Virus record (IMG/VR): IMGVR_UViG_3300021339_000007
Location: 16 to 64,015 of that record
Reading direction: 5' to 3' (one strand)
DNA from: a virus
Taxonomy: Duplodnaviria; Caudoviricetes
Length of the DNA stretch: 64,000 nucleotides
Shown one piece after another: positions 19,512 through 30,299 of the stretch. A program made the position numbers and the translations under genes. The first letter of the stretch is position 1, and each line of letters starts with the position of its first letter. The notes under the pieces were generated by a model. It was not told where the DNA came from and searched no databases. It saw nothing but the letters and a program-made list of their open reading frames with translations.

Positions 19512-20069
19512 ATGACCGATAAACAGCAGTCCTTTGTATCCGCCTACCTTGGCCGCGCTCATCTTAATGCCACGGAAGCTGCTCGAATAGCCGGGTATCG
19601 TTACCCGAATGTCCAGGGCGCGCAGCTTAAGAAGGAGCCGGAAATCGCTGCAGCGATTTCCGCGAAGCTCAAGGAGCAGTCCCTTGGTGCAGACGAGGTT
19701 CTTCGCATTCTCAGCGACCAGGCGCGTGGAACTATTCAGCACTTCATCAAGGTCACCGGAGACGAAGTAACGATCGATCTTTCAACTGAGCAGGCCAAGG
19801 CGAACCTACATTTGCTGAAGAAGGCGAAGACAAAGCGCCGTTCGGGTGGTACGAAGGATGCGCCCTGGGAGGAGATCGACACAGAGCTGGAGCTACATGA
19901 TCCGCAGGCCGCAGCGGTCCAAGTCGGCAGACACTATGCAATGTTCACCGATAAGACAGATGGGAGCGTAACGGTAAACGGTGTCATCGGCTACGATATC
20001 ACCCCGCCAGACGGCAACGGACCTGGCGACGATCACTCCACAGAAGAAGATCGACTTCCGCCCGCATAG
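19512..20069 (+). CDS. terS: Terminase small subunit
   Basis: MTDKQQSFVSAY..NATEAARIAGY. Confidence 0.9.
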   Translation: MTDKQQSFVSAYLGRAHLNATEAARIAGYRYPNVQGAQLKKEPEIAAAISAKLKEQSLGADEVLRILSDQARGTIQHFIKVTGDEVTIDLSTEQAKANLHLLKKAKTKRRSGGTKDAPWEEIDTELELHDPQAAAVQVGRHYAMFTDKTDGSVTVNGVIGYDITPPDGNGPGDDHSTEEDRLPPA

Positions 20070-21336
20070 AGGGCAGTGGCGAGCGTGGAACAGTACCCGG
20101 CGGTTCATTGGCGTCATTGCTGGAACGCAGAGCGGAAAGACCGCGTTCGGTCCGCATTGGCTTTATCGCGAGATCCAGCGTTGCGGACCGGGCGACTATC
20201 TGGTTGTAACACCAACTTTCTCGCTGCTCGAAAAGAAGGCGCTGCCGGAGTTCCGTAAGCTGTTCGGCCGATGGCTGCAACTCGGCACTTACGTTGCAAG
20301 CCCGGTCCGAAAATTCACATTCAGCGAATACGGCAGTCGACGTACCTTCGGCAGTTACGACCCCGATAAGCCGACGGTCGTCTTCTTCGGATACGCGGAG
20401 GATCCGGAGAGCCTTGAGAGTGCCACCGCCAAGGCGGCCTGGCTGGATGAGGCCGGACAGAAGAAATTCAAGCTGGCGTCGTGGGAAGCGATCCTGCGGC
20501 GCCTTTCGCTTGCGCAGGGTAGGGCGCTGATCACCACAACGCCCTACGATCTCGGATGGCTCAAACAGCAGATATACGATCGGTGGAAGCACGCGAAGGC
20601 GACAGGGGCGCCGTGCGACTACGACATCATCAATTTCGACAGCACCGAAAACCCGATCTTTCCAAAAGCTGAGTTCGAACGCGCACGGCGGGAGTTGCCG
20701 CCGTGGAAGTTCGACCTCTTCTACCGCGGGATTTTCACGCGGCCTGCCGGACAAATCTACGACAGCTTCATCGACGAGTATCAGCCGGTTGGTCACAAGT
20801 GTGTGCGGTTTGCGCTACCCGACCATTGGCCTCGCTTCCTCGGTCTGGACTTCGGCGGTGTGAATACTGCGGGCATGTTCTACGCTCAGGAGCTCGGGGC
20901 AGACAAGCAACCTACCGGCAGACTGTTTGCCTATCGAGAATACAAAGCCGGGGGACGAACGGCGAAGCAGCACGCGGCCGCGCTTCTGGAAGGCGAGCCG
21001 ATGGTTCCGGTCTGTGTCGGCGGGTCGGCGTCCGAAGGGCAGTGGCGAGATGAGTTTCGCGCCGGTGGATTGCCGGTTATGGCGCCGCCGATCAAAGACG
21101 TAGAGATCGGTATCAACCGTGTCTACGGCTGCCATAAGCAGAACTTGATCATTGTGTTCGACGATCTCTCCGGATATCTGGATATGAAGGTGCGATATAG
21201 CCGCGAGCTGGATGATGCCGGCGAGCCTACGGAGAAGATCGAGGACAAAGAGACGTTTCACTTCCTGGACGCGGAACGCTATATCATTTCGCGACTGGTG
21301 CGCGGTCCGGTCGTTCATGAGATACAAATGGCATGA
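19981..21336 (+). CDS. terL: Terminase large subunit (start uncertain)
   Basis: Walker A GTQSGKT, Walker B WLDEAG, TTTP, RNase H-like GLDFGG, H.LDAERY. Confidence 0.92.
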   Translation: MSSATISPRQTATDLATITPQKKIDFRPHRGQWRAWNSTRRFIGVIAGTQSGKTAFGPHWLYREIQRCGPGDYLVVTPTFSLLEKKALPEFRKLFGRWLQLGTYVASPVRKFTFSEYGSRRTFGSYDPDKPTVVFFGYAEDPESLESATAKAAWLDEAGQKKFKLASWEAILRRLSLAQGRALITTTPYDLGWLKQQIYDRWKHAKATGAPCDYDIINFDSTENPIFPKAEFERARRELPPWKFDLFYRGIFTRPAGQIYDSFIDEYQPVGHKCVRFALPDHWPRFLGLDFGGVNTAGMFYAQELGADKQPTGRLFAYREYKAGGRTAKQHAAALLEGEPMVPVCVGGSASEGQWRDEFRAGGLPVMAPPIKDVEIGINRVYGCHKQNLIIVFDDLSGYLDMKVRYSRELDDAGEPTEKIEDKETFHFLDAERYIISRLVRGPVVHEIQMA

Positions 21337-21481
21337 GCCCTCTCAAACTCTTCTACTACCTCTGTGCAATCGGCGGCGGCGGCCTGGTGATCGGTCTGTG
21401 CGTTCTGTTCGTGTTGCTGCTATGGGTTCTGGTAATCGGCTGGTCGAAAAGGCCCGCCGTGAATGCGGATGATGCCTAACC

Positions 21482-22927
21482 ATGCCGAACAACTTCGCAA
21501 CCAGCGTCAAGAGCGCGTTAGCCGCGGGCATCAAATCGGTTTTCGGTCTTAGCGCGGGCGGCAACGGCATTATCGGCAATGCCGGTTACGGGTGGCAGGG
21601 CGGCTCTACGCCGTTCAGCCGCTACGCCGGATCCGCGGTCGATTGGGCCAAGGTCACTGGTGATCTGGCGAGCAACGCGATTGCGCTGACGTGCCTGAAC
21701 ATCATTTGCGACAACTACGTTGCGGCACGGATCAAGGTCGAAGAGAAAAGCGACACCGAGGATAAGTTCGAAGCGATCGAAGATCACCCGCTGCTGCCGA
21801 TCCTGAAGAAGCCCAACCCGTTCTACTCCTGGAACTATCTCACAAAGGGCATCCTGGCTTCCATGCACGGTCAGGGAGACGGGTACATCGGGATCGAGCG
21901 CGATGCCTACGGAGTCCCTGCTGAGTTATACTGGCTTCCGTATGGTATTCGTCCACGCTATGCCGAAGACGGCCGCAAGCTGATCGGATGGATCTACGCG
22001 CAGCAAGGCGGCCGGGAGCAGAAGGTCCCGCTTCGTGACGTGATCCATATCCCGATGGGCGCGAATCCGAAGCGGCCGGGATTCGGTATGCCGGTCTCGG
22101 AGGTGCTGAAACAGGATCAGTACAGCCTGCAGCAAGACGGCAACTACCGCGCCAACATCATGCGCAATAACGGCGCTATCGGTGTAATCATCAGCCCGAA
22201 GCAGATCAAAGATCAGTACGGTGAAATCACCCAAGCGAGGGCGGATGCGCAAGCGGTAGTCGATCTGTGGAAGTCGAAGACACAGAACGACAAAGCAGGT
22301 GATCCGATGTACCTGGATTATCCGCTGGATGTGGTGTTTCCGAAGAACAGCCCGCAGGATCTCGCGATTAACGAGATGATGGATCGACCGGAGCACAACA
22401 TCTGTGCCGTGATGCGAGTCTCGATCCTGCTGGTCGGCGCCTACGGCGGGCGCCATGCGAAGACCTTCGCCAACTACGCGGAGGCGCGCCAGTCCCTCTG
22501 GGAGGAGTGCCTGCTGCCGCTGCAGAGCATCATCTCCGCGGAGTTGACCACGCAGCTCCTGCCGCAGCTCGGAGGCGACGCGGAGAAGCAGCGGGTCGCT
22601 TACGATGTCGGAGGCATTCGCGCGCTGCAGCCGGACCTCGATAAGCTGCATGAGCGTATCCGCAAGGATTTCGAGGCGAACATCATCGACCTCTATACCG
22701 CGGAGATCGAAAGCAAGCGGGTTCCGGATGAGAAGCACAAGGGCCTCTACAGCTTCATGCTGCCCAAGGTGACGGATACCGGGCTGGTCGATGGCGGTGT
22801 ACTCGCATGGATTGGTGTCGAACAGAAGCCGCCGGAACCTGAGCCCGTGCCGATGATGAACGGCAACGGGACCGGTAAGCCCTTAAATGGTGCGAATCCG
22901 AAGATGATAGCCGGGAAACTGAGTTAG
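21482..22927 (+). CDS. HK97-like portal protein
   Basis: HPLLPILKKPNP, GDGY..IER, DVIHI; follows terL. Confidence 0.9.
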   Translation: MPNNFATSVKSALAAGIKSVFGLSAGGNGIIGNAGYGWQGGSTPFSRYAGSAVDWAKVTGDLASNAIALTCLNIICDNYVAARIKVEEKSDTEDKFEAIEDHPLLPILKKPNPFYSWNYLTKGILASMHGQGDGYIGIERDAYGVPAELYWLPYGIRPRYAEDGRKLIGWIYAQQGGREQKVPLRDVIHIPMGANPKRPGFGMPVSEVLKQDQYSLQQDGNYRANIMRNNGAIGVIISPKQIKDQYGEITQARADAQAVVDLWKSKTQNDKAGDPMYLDYPLDVVFPKNSPQDLAINEMMDRPEHNICAVMRVSILLVGAYGGRHAKTFANYAEARQSLWEECLLPLQSIISAELTTQLLPQLGGDAEKQRVAYDVGGIRALQPDLDKLHERIRKDFEANIIDLYTAEIESKRVPDEKHKGLYSFMLPKVTDTGLVDGGVLAWIGVEQKPPEPEPVPMMNGNGTGKPLNGANPKMIAGKLS

Positions 22928-23009
22928 CTACAGTTTCGATCGTGAATGTGGCGCCCGCGCTGAAAAGTGACGGGCTCTTATTTTGCCTGGTCTGTGGGAG
23001 TAACGCGCT

Positions 23010-24167
23010 ATGGACGAGATATTGGTCAATCAGGGCGGTTCAGTCAAAGCCGCCGGCGATGGGCGCGTACAGGGATACCTGATCCAGTTCAGCGATGCCG
23101 ACAATCCCGATCTGTCCGCGATGAAAGACTTCTTCCGGCCGACCACGGACTACGATTTCGAAGACGGGGACAAACGCAGCATCTACTTCCACCATGGGCT
23201 CGACAGCACGCTTAAAACCCGCAAGCTCGGCCGCGTGGAGATGAAGACCGATGAGGTCGGCGTGTGGGTGGACGGCATCCTGAACATGCGCGACGATTAC
23301 GAGCGCGCCGTCTATCAGCTCGCCGCGAAGGGCAAGCTCGGCTGGAGTTCCGGCGCGCCGGCGCATCTGGTGCAGCGGCAGAAGGTGGAAGGCAAGAACG
23401 CCCATGAGGTCCTGCACTGGGTCATCAGCGAAGCCAGTATGACGCCGAATCCGGCAGACCCGCGCAATGAAGTCGTCGCGATCAAGACCGCAGATATGAG
23501 CGTGTCGCTGTTCGCCAACCTCCTGCGCGAGATGGAAGGCAAGCCGCCGATTGAGACCAAGAGCGTGCTGGGCGACATGACGCCGGATATCGTGGCGGCG
23601 GCGTTCGACCGGCTTTCCTCCAAGCTCTCCCGTTTCGTGTATCAGCAGCTCTGGGGCGATAGCTGGGGTTGCTGCCGGCCCGCGATGTCCGACGATGCCG
23701 ATGCTAATGATCCAATCGACCGCGAGATGATCGTTCAGGCGCTGGATGAGTACAGCTCGACGCTGTTAGCGGTCTTGGATGCGCTTCTGGCATTGCCGAA
23801 GGCCGACGCGACCGCTACGAAGTCTTTCCTCGCTCAGTTTGATCGAACCGGCAGTAAGGACGTGGTTACGCTCCTTTCCGCCATGCCGATAAAGACCTAC
23901 CTGGAGACAATGGGAGCCGTTGTGTCCGATTCCGACCGCCGGTTGGCGTGGTACGCCGAGCAGCGGGAGATCAAGCAAGGCAGGGCCATCAGCTCTGAGA
24001 ACCTTGCTTCCATGCAGGACATTCACGACGGGATGAAGTCGCACCTTGAGCGCCTCCGAGCGATCATCGACAAGCATTCCCCGAAGTCGGCCAACCTCGG
24101 AGCCCGCGAATTCGCCCGGTATCTGGCGATCGGGGCCTCCGGCGCGGGCGCAACCATTAGTTTCTAG
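23010..24167 (+). CDS. Prohead maturation protease with C-terminal extension
   Basis: YFHHG, GWSSG, EASMTPNPADPR. Confidence 0.85.
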   Translation: MDEILVNQGGSVKAAGDGRVQGYLIQFSDADNPDLSAMKDFFRPTTDYDFEDGDKRSIYFHHGLDSTLKTRKLGRVEMKTDEVGVWVDGILNMRDDYERAVYQLAAKGKLGWSSGAPAHLVQRQKVEGKNAHEVLHWVISEASMTPNPADPRNEVVAIKTADMSVSLFANLLREMEGKPPIETKSVLGDMTPDIVAAAFDRLSSKLSRFVYQQLWGDSWGCCRPAMSDDADANDPIDREMIVQALDEYSSTLLAVLDALLALPKADATATKSFLAQFDRTGSKDVVTLLSAMPIKTYLETMGAVVSDSDRRLAWYAEQREIKQGRAISSENLASMQDIHDGMKSHLERLRAIIDKHSPKSANLGAREFARYLAIGASGAGATISF

Positions 24168-24176
24168 GAGAATTCA

Positions 24177-25523
24177 ATGGGATACGTTATTCCAGATGCT
24201 ATCAAAACCTCGGTCGAAGAGGCTGTTAAAGGCAAATCGCTTGCTCAAGTCGTGAAATTGCGCGACGCGAAGATGGCGGAACTCGGTTCGGTCTTCGAGA
24301 AGAGCGACACCGGTCAGATGGACGAGAACGGCAACAAGATCTTCGACTTTACCAAGGGCGGCTATGCGCCGACCGAGGTCAAAACGCGCAACGACGAACT
24401 CACGGTGTTCGGTGAGAAGGTCGATGAGCTGAAAGCGAACGACGAAGCCTATAAGGCGTACCAGGCGCAAGTTCGCGAGCAGGGACGCGTCAGCAACCAG
24501 TTTGCCGGCGGCAACAACGGAGCGCAGCAGGACGACAAGGACAAGAACTCCTACGAGCGCCGAGAGGGGATCAAGTCGCTTGCAGCGGAGTTCGGCGCGA
24601 ACGAAGCCTATAAGTCCTGGAAAGAGAACAAGCAGGGCTGCGTCATCGAAATCAAGGACGGAGTTCCGGCTCTCCTGGACGGCGTAAAGACCACGATGAC
24701 GACCACGGCCGGCTATACGCCGTATGTGCCGCCGGATATGCGGGTAGTCTTGTCCGCTCAGCGCCGCATCATGGTTACGGACCTCATGCCGAACGTGGAT
24801 GTGAACAGCCAGTTCGTCGCGTTCGTCCAGGAGACAACCTTCACCAATAACGCGGCGGCCGTCGCTGAAGGCGCAACCAAGCCTGAGAGCGCACTGGTCT
24901 ACACTCGTGTGACGGCGCAAATGGGCAAGGTCGCGACCACGCTTCCGGTCACTCGCGAGCAGTTGATGTTCGTGAACGCAATGGAGGCGCTGCTGAAAAA
25001 TCGGCTCGGCTTCCAGGTGAGGTTGGAACTGGAGCGAGAAGTCCTGCTGGGTTCCGGATCCTCGCCTGAAATGCGCGGTATTCAGAACACGGTCGGTATC
25101 CAGACGCAGGCGCAGTCCACCGACGACGTGTTCACCGCAATACTCAAGGCAATCACCAAGGTCAACTCTACGGTCGGAATGGCGGATGCTTCCGCAATCG
25201 TCATGAACCCCAACAACTGGCTGACGGCCCGAACGGTCAAGGATACGACCGGCCGGTTCATTCTGGGTAATCCCGACGAGATCGGGCCGCCCCGGGTTTG
25301 GGGTCTGCCGGTCGTGGCGACTATCGCCGAGACTGCCGGCACCGCGCTGGTAGGGGACTTCCAGACCTATTCCGAGCTTGACCGCGGCATGGACCTGACG
25401 GTGGAACTCGGCTACATCAACGATGACTTCACCAAGAACATCGTCCGGATGCTGGCCGAACTCTTCGCAGTCGTCCTGGTCTATCGCCCGACCGCCTTCT
25501 GCACCGTCACCGGCCTGGCCTAA
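24177..25523 (+). CDS. HK97-fold major capsid protein
   Basis: VAEGATKPES, LLGSGS, MNPNNW..KDTTGRFI, WGLPVV, VYRPTAF. Confidence 0.95.
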   Translation: MGYVIPDAIKTSVEEAVKGKSLAQVVKLRDAKMAELGSVFEKSDTGQMDENGNKIFDFTKGGYAPTEVKTRNDELTVFGEKVDELKANDEAYKAYQAQVREQGRVSNQFAGGNNGAQQDDKDKNSYERREGIKSLAAEFGANEAYKSWKENKQGCVIEIKDGVPALLDGVKTTMTTTAGYTPYVPPDMRVVLSAQRRIMVTDLMPNVDVNSQFVAFVQETTFTNNAAAVAEGATKPESALVYTRVTAQMGKVATTLPVTREQLMFVNAMEALLKNRLGFQVRLELEREVLLGSGSSPEMRGIQNTVGIQTQAQSTDDVFTAILKAITKVNSTVGMADASAIVMNPNNWLTARTVKDTTGRFILGNPDEIGPPRVWGLPVVATIAETAGTALVGDFQTYSELDRGMDLTVELGYINDDFTKNIVRMLAELFAVVLVYRPTAFCTVTGLA

Positions 25524-25592
25524 GCGTCAGCGTGCAAAGATCCTGCGCCTCTCGCATCCGTGCGAGAGGCGTTTTCATAGGAGGTTTTAACC

Positions 25593-26147
25593 ATGGCTGC
25601 AGCAGCCGGGACCGTCATCGAAGGCGGTAATACGATCCAAGGGACGCTCGGCCCTATTCGAAATCCAGGCGTACCCGTTGGCGGAACGAATGAAATGTGG
25701 ACTCTTACGATCGGCGGCTCTCCCACGGCCGGCCCTACCTCCGGTATCAAGTTCAATTACCAGGGCCTGGTATCGGACTTGTGTCTCTGGAGTGCGGTGA
25801 GCGCGACGTTCGTGACCAATCTTCAGGCATGCCTTGATGCGTTTTTCGGGTCAGGGGCGACCGTGGTTACGGACGGCACCTCGACCAATGGCGTCGGTAC
25901 GTTCGTTATCACGTTCTCGGGCGCGCTTCTCGCCAAGCGAAATTTGTCGGCCGTGGCGACGATCACCAATCTCCTGACGGGTTCAAGCCCAACCGCTACC
26001 GCTGCGCGAACAACTCCGGGGGTAGATGCGACGGCGCGCGGGTTGGGTGTCGGCGGGAAGCTGCTCGACATAACCAATGGTGTGGATTACACCAACACCG
26101 GTACCGCCGCCGCTCCAACTCACACCAAAACCGGAACACAGTCGTAA
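25593..26147 (+). CDS. Putative capsid decoration or virion protein
   Basis: Gly/Thr-rich; directly after the capsid gene; strong RBS. Confidence 0.6.
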   Translation: MAAAAGTVIEGGNTIQGTLGPIRNPGVPVGGTNEMWTLTIGGSPTAGPTSGIKFNYQGLVSDLCLWSAVSATFVTNLQACLDAFFGSGATVVTDGTSTNGVGTFVITFSGALLAKRNLSAVATITNLLTGSSPTATAARTTPGVDATARGLGVGGKLLDITNGVDYTNTGTAAAPTHTKTGTQS

Positions 26148-26162
26148 GGGAGGGCTTGAACC

Positions 26163-26711
26163 GTGGCGATTGACATTTACAACGATCCCGGCGCTGAGAG
26201 GCGGGGCGAAATCATCCGGCGCGTCAACCAGGCTCTGCCGGGCGGGGAGACGATACGGCCCGGTAAGGCGCTCTGTCTGACCGAGGATAACCGTGTCGTG
26301 GAGGCGGATGATCCGGAGGCTGCGTTCGTGCTGGTAGGCGAACACGGCACGCTCCCGGCCGACATTGCGAAAGAACTCGGGATCGAGGAGTACCAGCGCA
26401 CGAAAGAGGAACAGGCGGAAGCAGACGCGCGCATTGCGGCCGGCAAAGGCAATGTCGGGATACCCCCGAGCGCTGCCGCTGAAGCGGCGCAAGCGGAGCC
26501 GATCACACCGGCGGCTGAAGCGGTCATTAACGCGTCGGACCCGCGTGGACTCACGACAGTAGACGAGAAGGGCGCTGTGATTAACTCCTCCGCAACGGAA
26601 GATGAGCCCGCTGAACCGGAACCTGTGATGGCTGAAGAGAAGCCCGCTGAACCGGAGAAACCAGCGGCTGAAGAGAAGCCCGCCGGGAAATCTGCAAAAC
26701 CGGGCAGGTAG
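26163..26711 (+). CDS. Hypothetical head-module protein with EEKPAEP repeats
   Basis: RBS; position in the head module. Confidence 0.65.
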   Translation: MAIDIYNDPGAERRGEIIRRVNQALPGGETIRPGKALCLTEDNRVVEADDPEAAFVLVGEHGTLPADIAKELGIEEYQRTKEEQAEADARIAAGKGNVGIPPSAAAEAAQAEPITPAAEAVINASDPRGLTTVDEKGAVINSSATEDEPAEPEPVMAEEKPAEPEKPAAEEKPAGKSAKPGR

Positions 26712-26780
26712 CAGAATGTGCCGACCGATGTTCTTCCATCTCGGTCGGCGCTTCCTTATTAAAGAGACTGACGAATAGCC

Positions 26781-27479
26781 ATGCCTAACCCCGGCTCAGC
26801 AGACTTGCAGCGGTTCCTGATCGCCTCCGGCTTGTTCAGCAACCCGCCGACCGCCGCGCAGAAGTATATGGATTTGCGGGGCGCGATGGATGCGGCGAAA
26901 GAGGAATTCGAGCGATTGACCGGCTACCTGCCGTTCCTCAGCAGTGGCGAGCAGGAGACGCGCACATTCGACGGGCCGGAAAGCTCGATCCTGCAGCTGC
27001 GTGCGGGTCTGCTGTCTCTCACCAGCCTGGTCATCAACACCGTGACGTATACCGAGAATTCCCAGTTCGTGCTGCAGCCGACCGACGCGCCCGGGCGGAG
27101 GCTGCCGTACACCTATGTCGACTTCGGCAGCGGCTGGCAGTCCGGCGGATACGGGCTGGGCTCCGATTTCGCGTCGGGCTTCGGTGCGGGATCGGCGGTC
27201 GGTCTGGGCTATGTCGGCGGCGGTCGGCGCGCGATCAGCATCACCGGCGTCTGGGGATACTGCGCGACGCTGCCGGCGGACGTGAAGCAGGCATTGATTT
27301 CGTTCGGAGCGGCCCGGGTGGCGCCGCGGCTGATGCATAGTGTGACAGGCGGCTTGAAACAACAAAAGGTCGGCAATGACAGCTGGACGTGGGGCGAAAA
27401 CTTCTTCGGCGGGCAGATGAGCGCCTGGGACGCTGAGTTCCAGGAGGCCGTGAGAAAGTACAGGTTATTCCGGCTATGA
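26781..27479 (+). CDS. Head-tail adaptor
   Basis: FERLTG..ETRTFDG, ITGVWGY..LPADVKQA. Confidence 0.75.
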   Translation: MPNPGSADLQRFLIASGLFSNPPTAAQKYMDLRGAMDAAKEEFERLTGYLPFLSSGEQETRTFDGPESSILQLRAGLLSLTSLVINTVTYTENSQFVLQPTDAPGRRLPYTYVDFGSGWQSGGYGLGSDFASGFGAGSAVGLGYVGGGRRAISITGVWGYCATLPADVKQALISFGAARVAPRLMHSVTGGLKQQKVGNDSWTWGENFFGGQMSAWDAEFQEAVRKYRLFRL

Positions 27480-27826
27480 GCAACGGCGCCGCCCTCCTGG
27501 CATCCGCAAAGGCCCGCGTGGCCGCCGATGGGCAGATCCTGACTGTGAGGCGTGCTGCAGTGCCACATGGCACAGCACCGACGGATAGGCAGGTTGGGTT
27601 CCTACCGCAGCCGATGAAGATGGCGACGGGTGCGCTATCCGCTGAAGGGTCTGCTGCAGCCAATGATCCGAACCGGCATGACTTCGTCACACCCGGTGAC
27701 AGCGATGTGCGGCAGAAGGATCTGATCCTTGCTTATGACGGCACCAATTGGCGAATCCAGAACATCACCGGCAACCCTATCGGCGGGATTCGACCGTGGC
27801 TTCATTGCGAGTCGACTCGCGAGTAA
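27476..27826 (+). CDS. Head closure (stopper) protein
   Basis: Size and position; DVRQKD..YDG..WRI. Confidence 0.6.
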   Translation: MSNGAALLASAKARVAADGQILTVRRAAVPHGTAPTDRQVGFLPQPMKMATGALSAEGSAAANDPNRHDFVTPGDSDVRQKDLILAYDGTNWRIQNITGNPIGGIRPWLHCESTRE

Positions 27827-28030
27827 ACGATGCGATCTGTAAAGCGAGCTGCCTTCCGGTCGGCTCAGCGTATGCGGCCCGGGCATTCGTATCTGCGGCG
27901 CAGCGAGACGCGCAAGGCATCCGAAAGCCCGGCGGAGCAGGATCAGCCTGCCGATTCCGAACAGGATCTGCGATGGGAACAGCAGGTCGATGCACTGCTG
28001 GAAGCCGCCTTTAACGACTGAGAGAAACAG

Positions 28031-28612
28031 ATGCCAGTTACACCCGGTCTCTCAGAAGCCGCGCCTGACGCGATTGTCACCTATCTGAAAAGCAAGATCA
28101 CCGACCTGGACGCTCGGCTCGATCGGGACGATCAGACGCCGGGTTTGACGCCGACTGCAGCAGGGCAGATTTACCGAGGCGACCCGAAGATCATGGCGCC
28201 GTCGGCCTGGTGGGTTACGGTGGTCGGCGCCAACGCCAACGGCCGGGAGATCCAGAGCACCTTCGAGCTGATGGGTGAGAGCGGCGGCCGCGGCTTTTAT
28301 AATAAATGGTGGGGGACGATCTCTGCCTATGTGAGTATCGACACCACCTTTGACGATGATTCGTTCGTCAGCGTCGCGACACGGGATCGGCTGCTTTCGC
28401 GCCTGGCGGACTGGCTGAGGATTGACTGCTTTAATCAGCAGGCCACGCTGTTGCTCACGCTTACCAGTCAGGAGTTCAGTTCGGGCTTACAGTTCGACCA
28501 GCTCAAAGGGAACGTGCTGGAATACATCGACCGCGGCGAGGCGCCGAAGGGGTACGGCGAGACTGATTGGGTACCGTGCATTCGCGCTCACTTCGTCGGA
28601 GACTTAGCATAA
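28031..28612 (+). CDS. Putative tail terminator
   Basis: Synteny upstream of the tail tube. Confidence 0.5.
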   Translation: MPVTPGLSEAAPDAIVTYLKSKITDLDARLDRDDQTPGLTPTAAGQIYRGDPKIMAPSAWWVTVVGANANGREIQSTFELMGESGGRGFYNKWWGTISAYVSIDTTFDDDSFVSVATRDRLLSRLADWLRIDCFNQQATLLLTLTSQEFSSGLQFDQLKGNVLEYIDRGEAPKGYGETDWVPCIRAHFVGDLA

Positions 28613-28622
28613 GAGGGATGAA

Positions 28623-28865
28623 ATGTCAGATACAAAAGAGCCATCGACCGCGCCCGCCGAAACGAAGACTGCGGCATCTGAAGAGCACGCTCCCACTCTG
28701 AAGCAAGTTGCAGCAGAGGCCCGCGCTAAGGCCGTCCGCAGCCTGGAGCGGATCATCAAGGATCTCCCGGAACCCGGAGACAGCGGCGACCTGCATCTCT
28801 CCGGCACGCGTGCGCAACTCCAGCACTGCATCGACCTCATCAATCTGCACCCGTCGCACGCTTAA
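28623..28865 (+). CDS. Hypothetical protein
   Basis: RBS; operon context. Confidence 0.55.
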   Translation: MSDTKEPSTAPAETKTAASEEHAPTLKQVAAEARAKAVRSLERIIKDLPEPGDSGDLHLSGTRAQLQHCIDLINLHPSHA

Positions 28866-28877
28866 GGATATACGACC

Positions 28878-29753
28878 GTGACAAACTATTCCGATTGGGG
28901 CGGTCCCGGCTCCGTCATCCTGAAGAAGACGCTCGGAAGCGGGCCCTTCACCTTGAACTCGCAGGTGACGATCCCCTCCGCGATCGTGCAGCCCTTCAAG
29001 CCGCTGAACACGACTTATCTGCAGGCGATCAATGCGGCGCAGGGAACCTCGCTGTCCGTGGCTGGCAACCAGACCCCGGCGATCGCGCTCCGAACCTATT
29101 ACAAGCCCACGTGGGGGACCGCGGCGCTGCTGAAATCGCTCATCCAGTTCCGTGACACGACCACTTTCTATACAGACCAGTTTGCGATGCAGGTCAAATC
29201 GCAGTATCGAACGCGGAAGTTCTCGAAGGGGCGATGTACGGGCCTTACGATCACGCATACCAAGCAGGGCAACCAGCCGGGGCCGATCATCGTCGATATG
29301 GGCTTCGTGTTCATCTATGGCGATCTAGGCGGCGCGCCCGACGATCCTTCGCCTCCGACGTTTTCGGCTGCAGCGACCGATGCGGGTCAGGCGACGAATG
29401 CGGGGCAGGTCGCGTGGGCCACGGCTACGCAGGTAAAGAGCTTCCAGCTGCAGATGAACTGCGTCCAGGAATATCAGTTCTCGGATAACAACACGCTCTT
29501 TGCTGACGATATCGCAACCGGACCTCCGGACGGCGGGCTCGCGCTCGTGCAGTCAGACAGCTACACCGCAGCGCCGACCACAACGGACACGCTGAGCCTC
29601 GGCGGGGTAGGCGCGGGAATAGCTATCGCTCTCAACTTGGACCTGCACACGCCGTTCACGCCGCAAGACGGCGGTTTTATCAAATACAACAGCGCGTTCA
29701 AACTTGCCAACTTGACCACCGGCGGAATTCCGTGGGACATCACGGCACTCTAA
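28878..29753 (+). CDS. Major tail tube protein
   Basis: 291 aa, beta-rich; directly before the frameshifted chaperone. Confidence 0.7.
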   Translation: MTNYSDWGGPGSVILKKTLGSGPFTLNSQVTIPSAIVQPFKPLNTTYLQAINAAQGTSLSVAGNQTPAIALRTYYKPTWGTAALLKSLIQFRDTTTFYTDQFAMQVKSQYRTRKFSKGRCTGLTITHTKQGNQPGPIIVDMGFVFIYGDLGGAPDDPSPPTFSAAATDAGQATNAGQVAWATATQVKSFQLQMNCVQEYQFSDNNTLFADDIATGPPDGGLALVQSDSYTAAPTTTDTLSLGGVGAGIAIALNLDLHTPFTPQDGGFIKYNSAFKLANLTTGGIPWDITAL

Positions 29754-29762
29754 GGAGAAGAC

Positions 29763-30299
29763 TTGAAGCAGGCGAAGATTTTTATTATCAATAATGGCGA
29801 AGACCCATACGCGCTCCTAGATTCCGACGCCAACTTCTATGCCGTTGCTGACTGGGAGCTAAAGACGATCAAGAAACCCCCGGAGGAATTGGAGAAGGAC
29901 ACGAACGGAAAGGGTCGATGGCTGACCCTGGAACTCAAACCGGCAAAGTCGGGGCTTGACCGCGAAGCGAAACAGCGGTGCCTGGTTGGGGATGCACTGA
30001 CAGGGTTCAGGAATGACACTCTGCTGTTGCCCGGCAACCAGTTCGAATTGTTCGTTTCGAGTTGGCGGTGGGCAGACCGCGACGGCGACGACCCTCCGAA
30101 GCTGAAGGCCCCAACCGTTGATGTATTCGAATCCTTACATCCGAACGTAGCGGATAGGATCAGAATGACGCTGGATTGGCACATCCGGCCTAACATCTCG
30201 GTAGACGCTGATTTTTTTTCCGGATTGAGCGATCTGTCCACGCAGTCCTTGGAATCGAACCCTGCCAAATCCGAGCCGACGACCTCCACCCCGGAGTAA
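29763..30299 (+). CDS. Tail assembly chaperone (gpG-like)
   Basis: Position; T8 slippery run at 30212-30219. Confidence 0.7.
   Translation: MKQAKIFIINNGEDPYALLDSDANFYAVADWELKTIKKPPEELEKDTNGKGRWLTLELKPAKSGLDREAKQRCLVGDALTGFRNDTLLLPGNQFELFVSSWRWADRDGDDPPKLKAPTVDVFESLHPNVADRIRMTLDWHIRPNISVDADFFSGLSDLSTQSLESNPAKSEPTTSTPE

Noticed and set aside
19254-19742. Long N-terminal extension of the sigma-factor ORF
   Set aside because: It overlaps the tRNA and terS on the opposite strand; sigma homology begins at ATG 19253.
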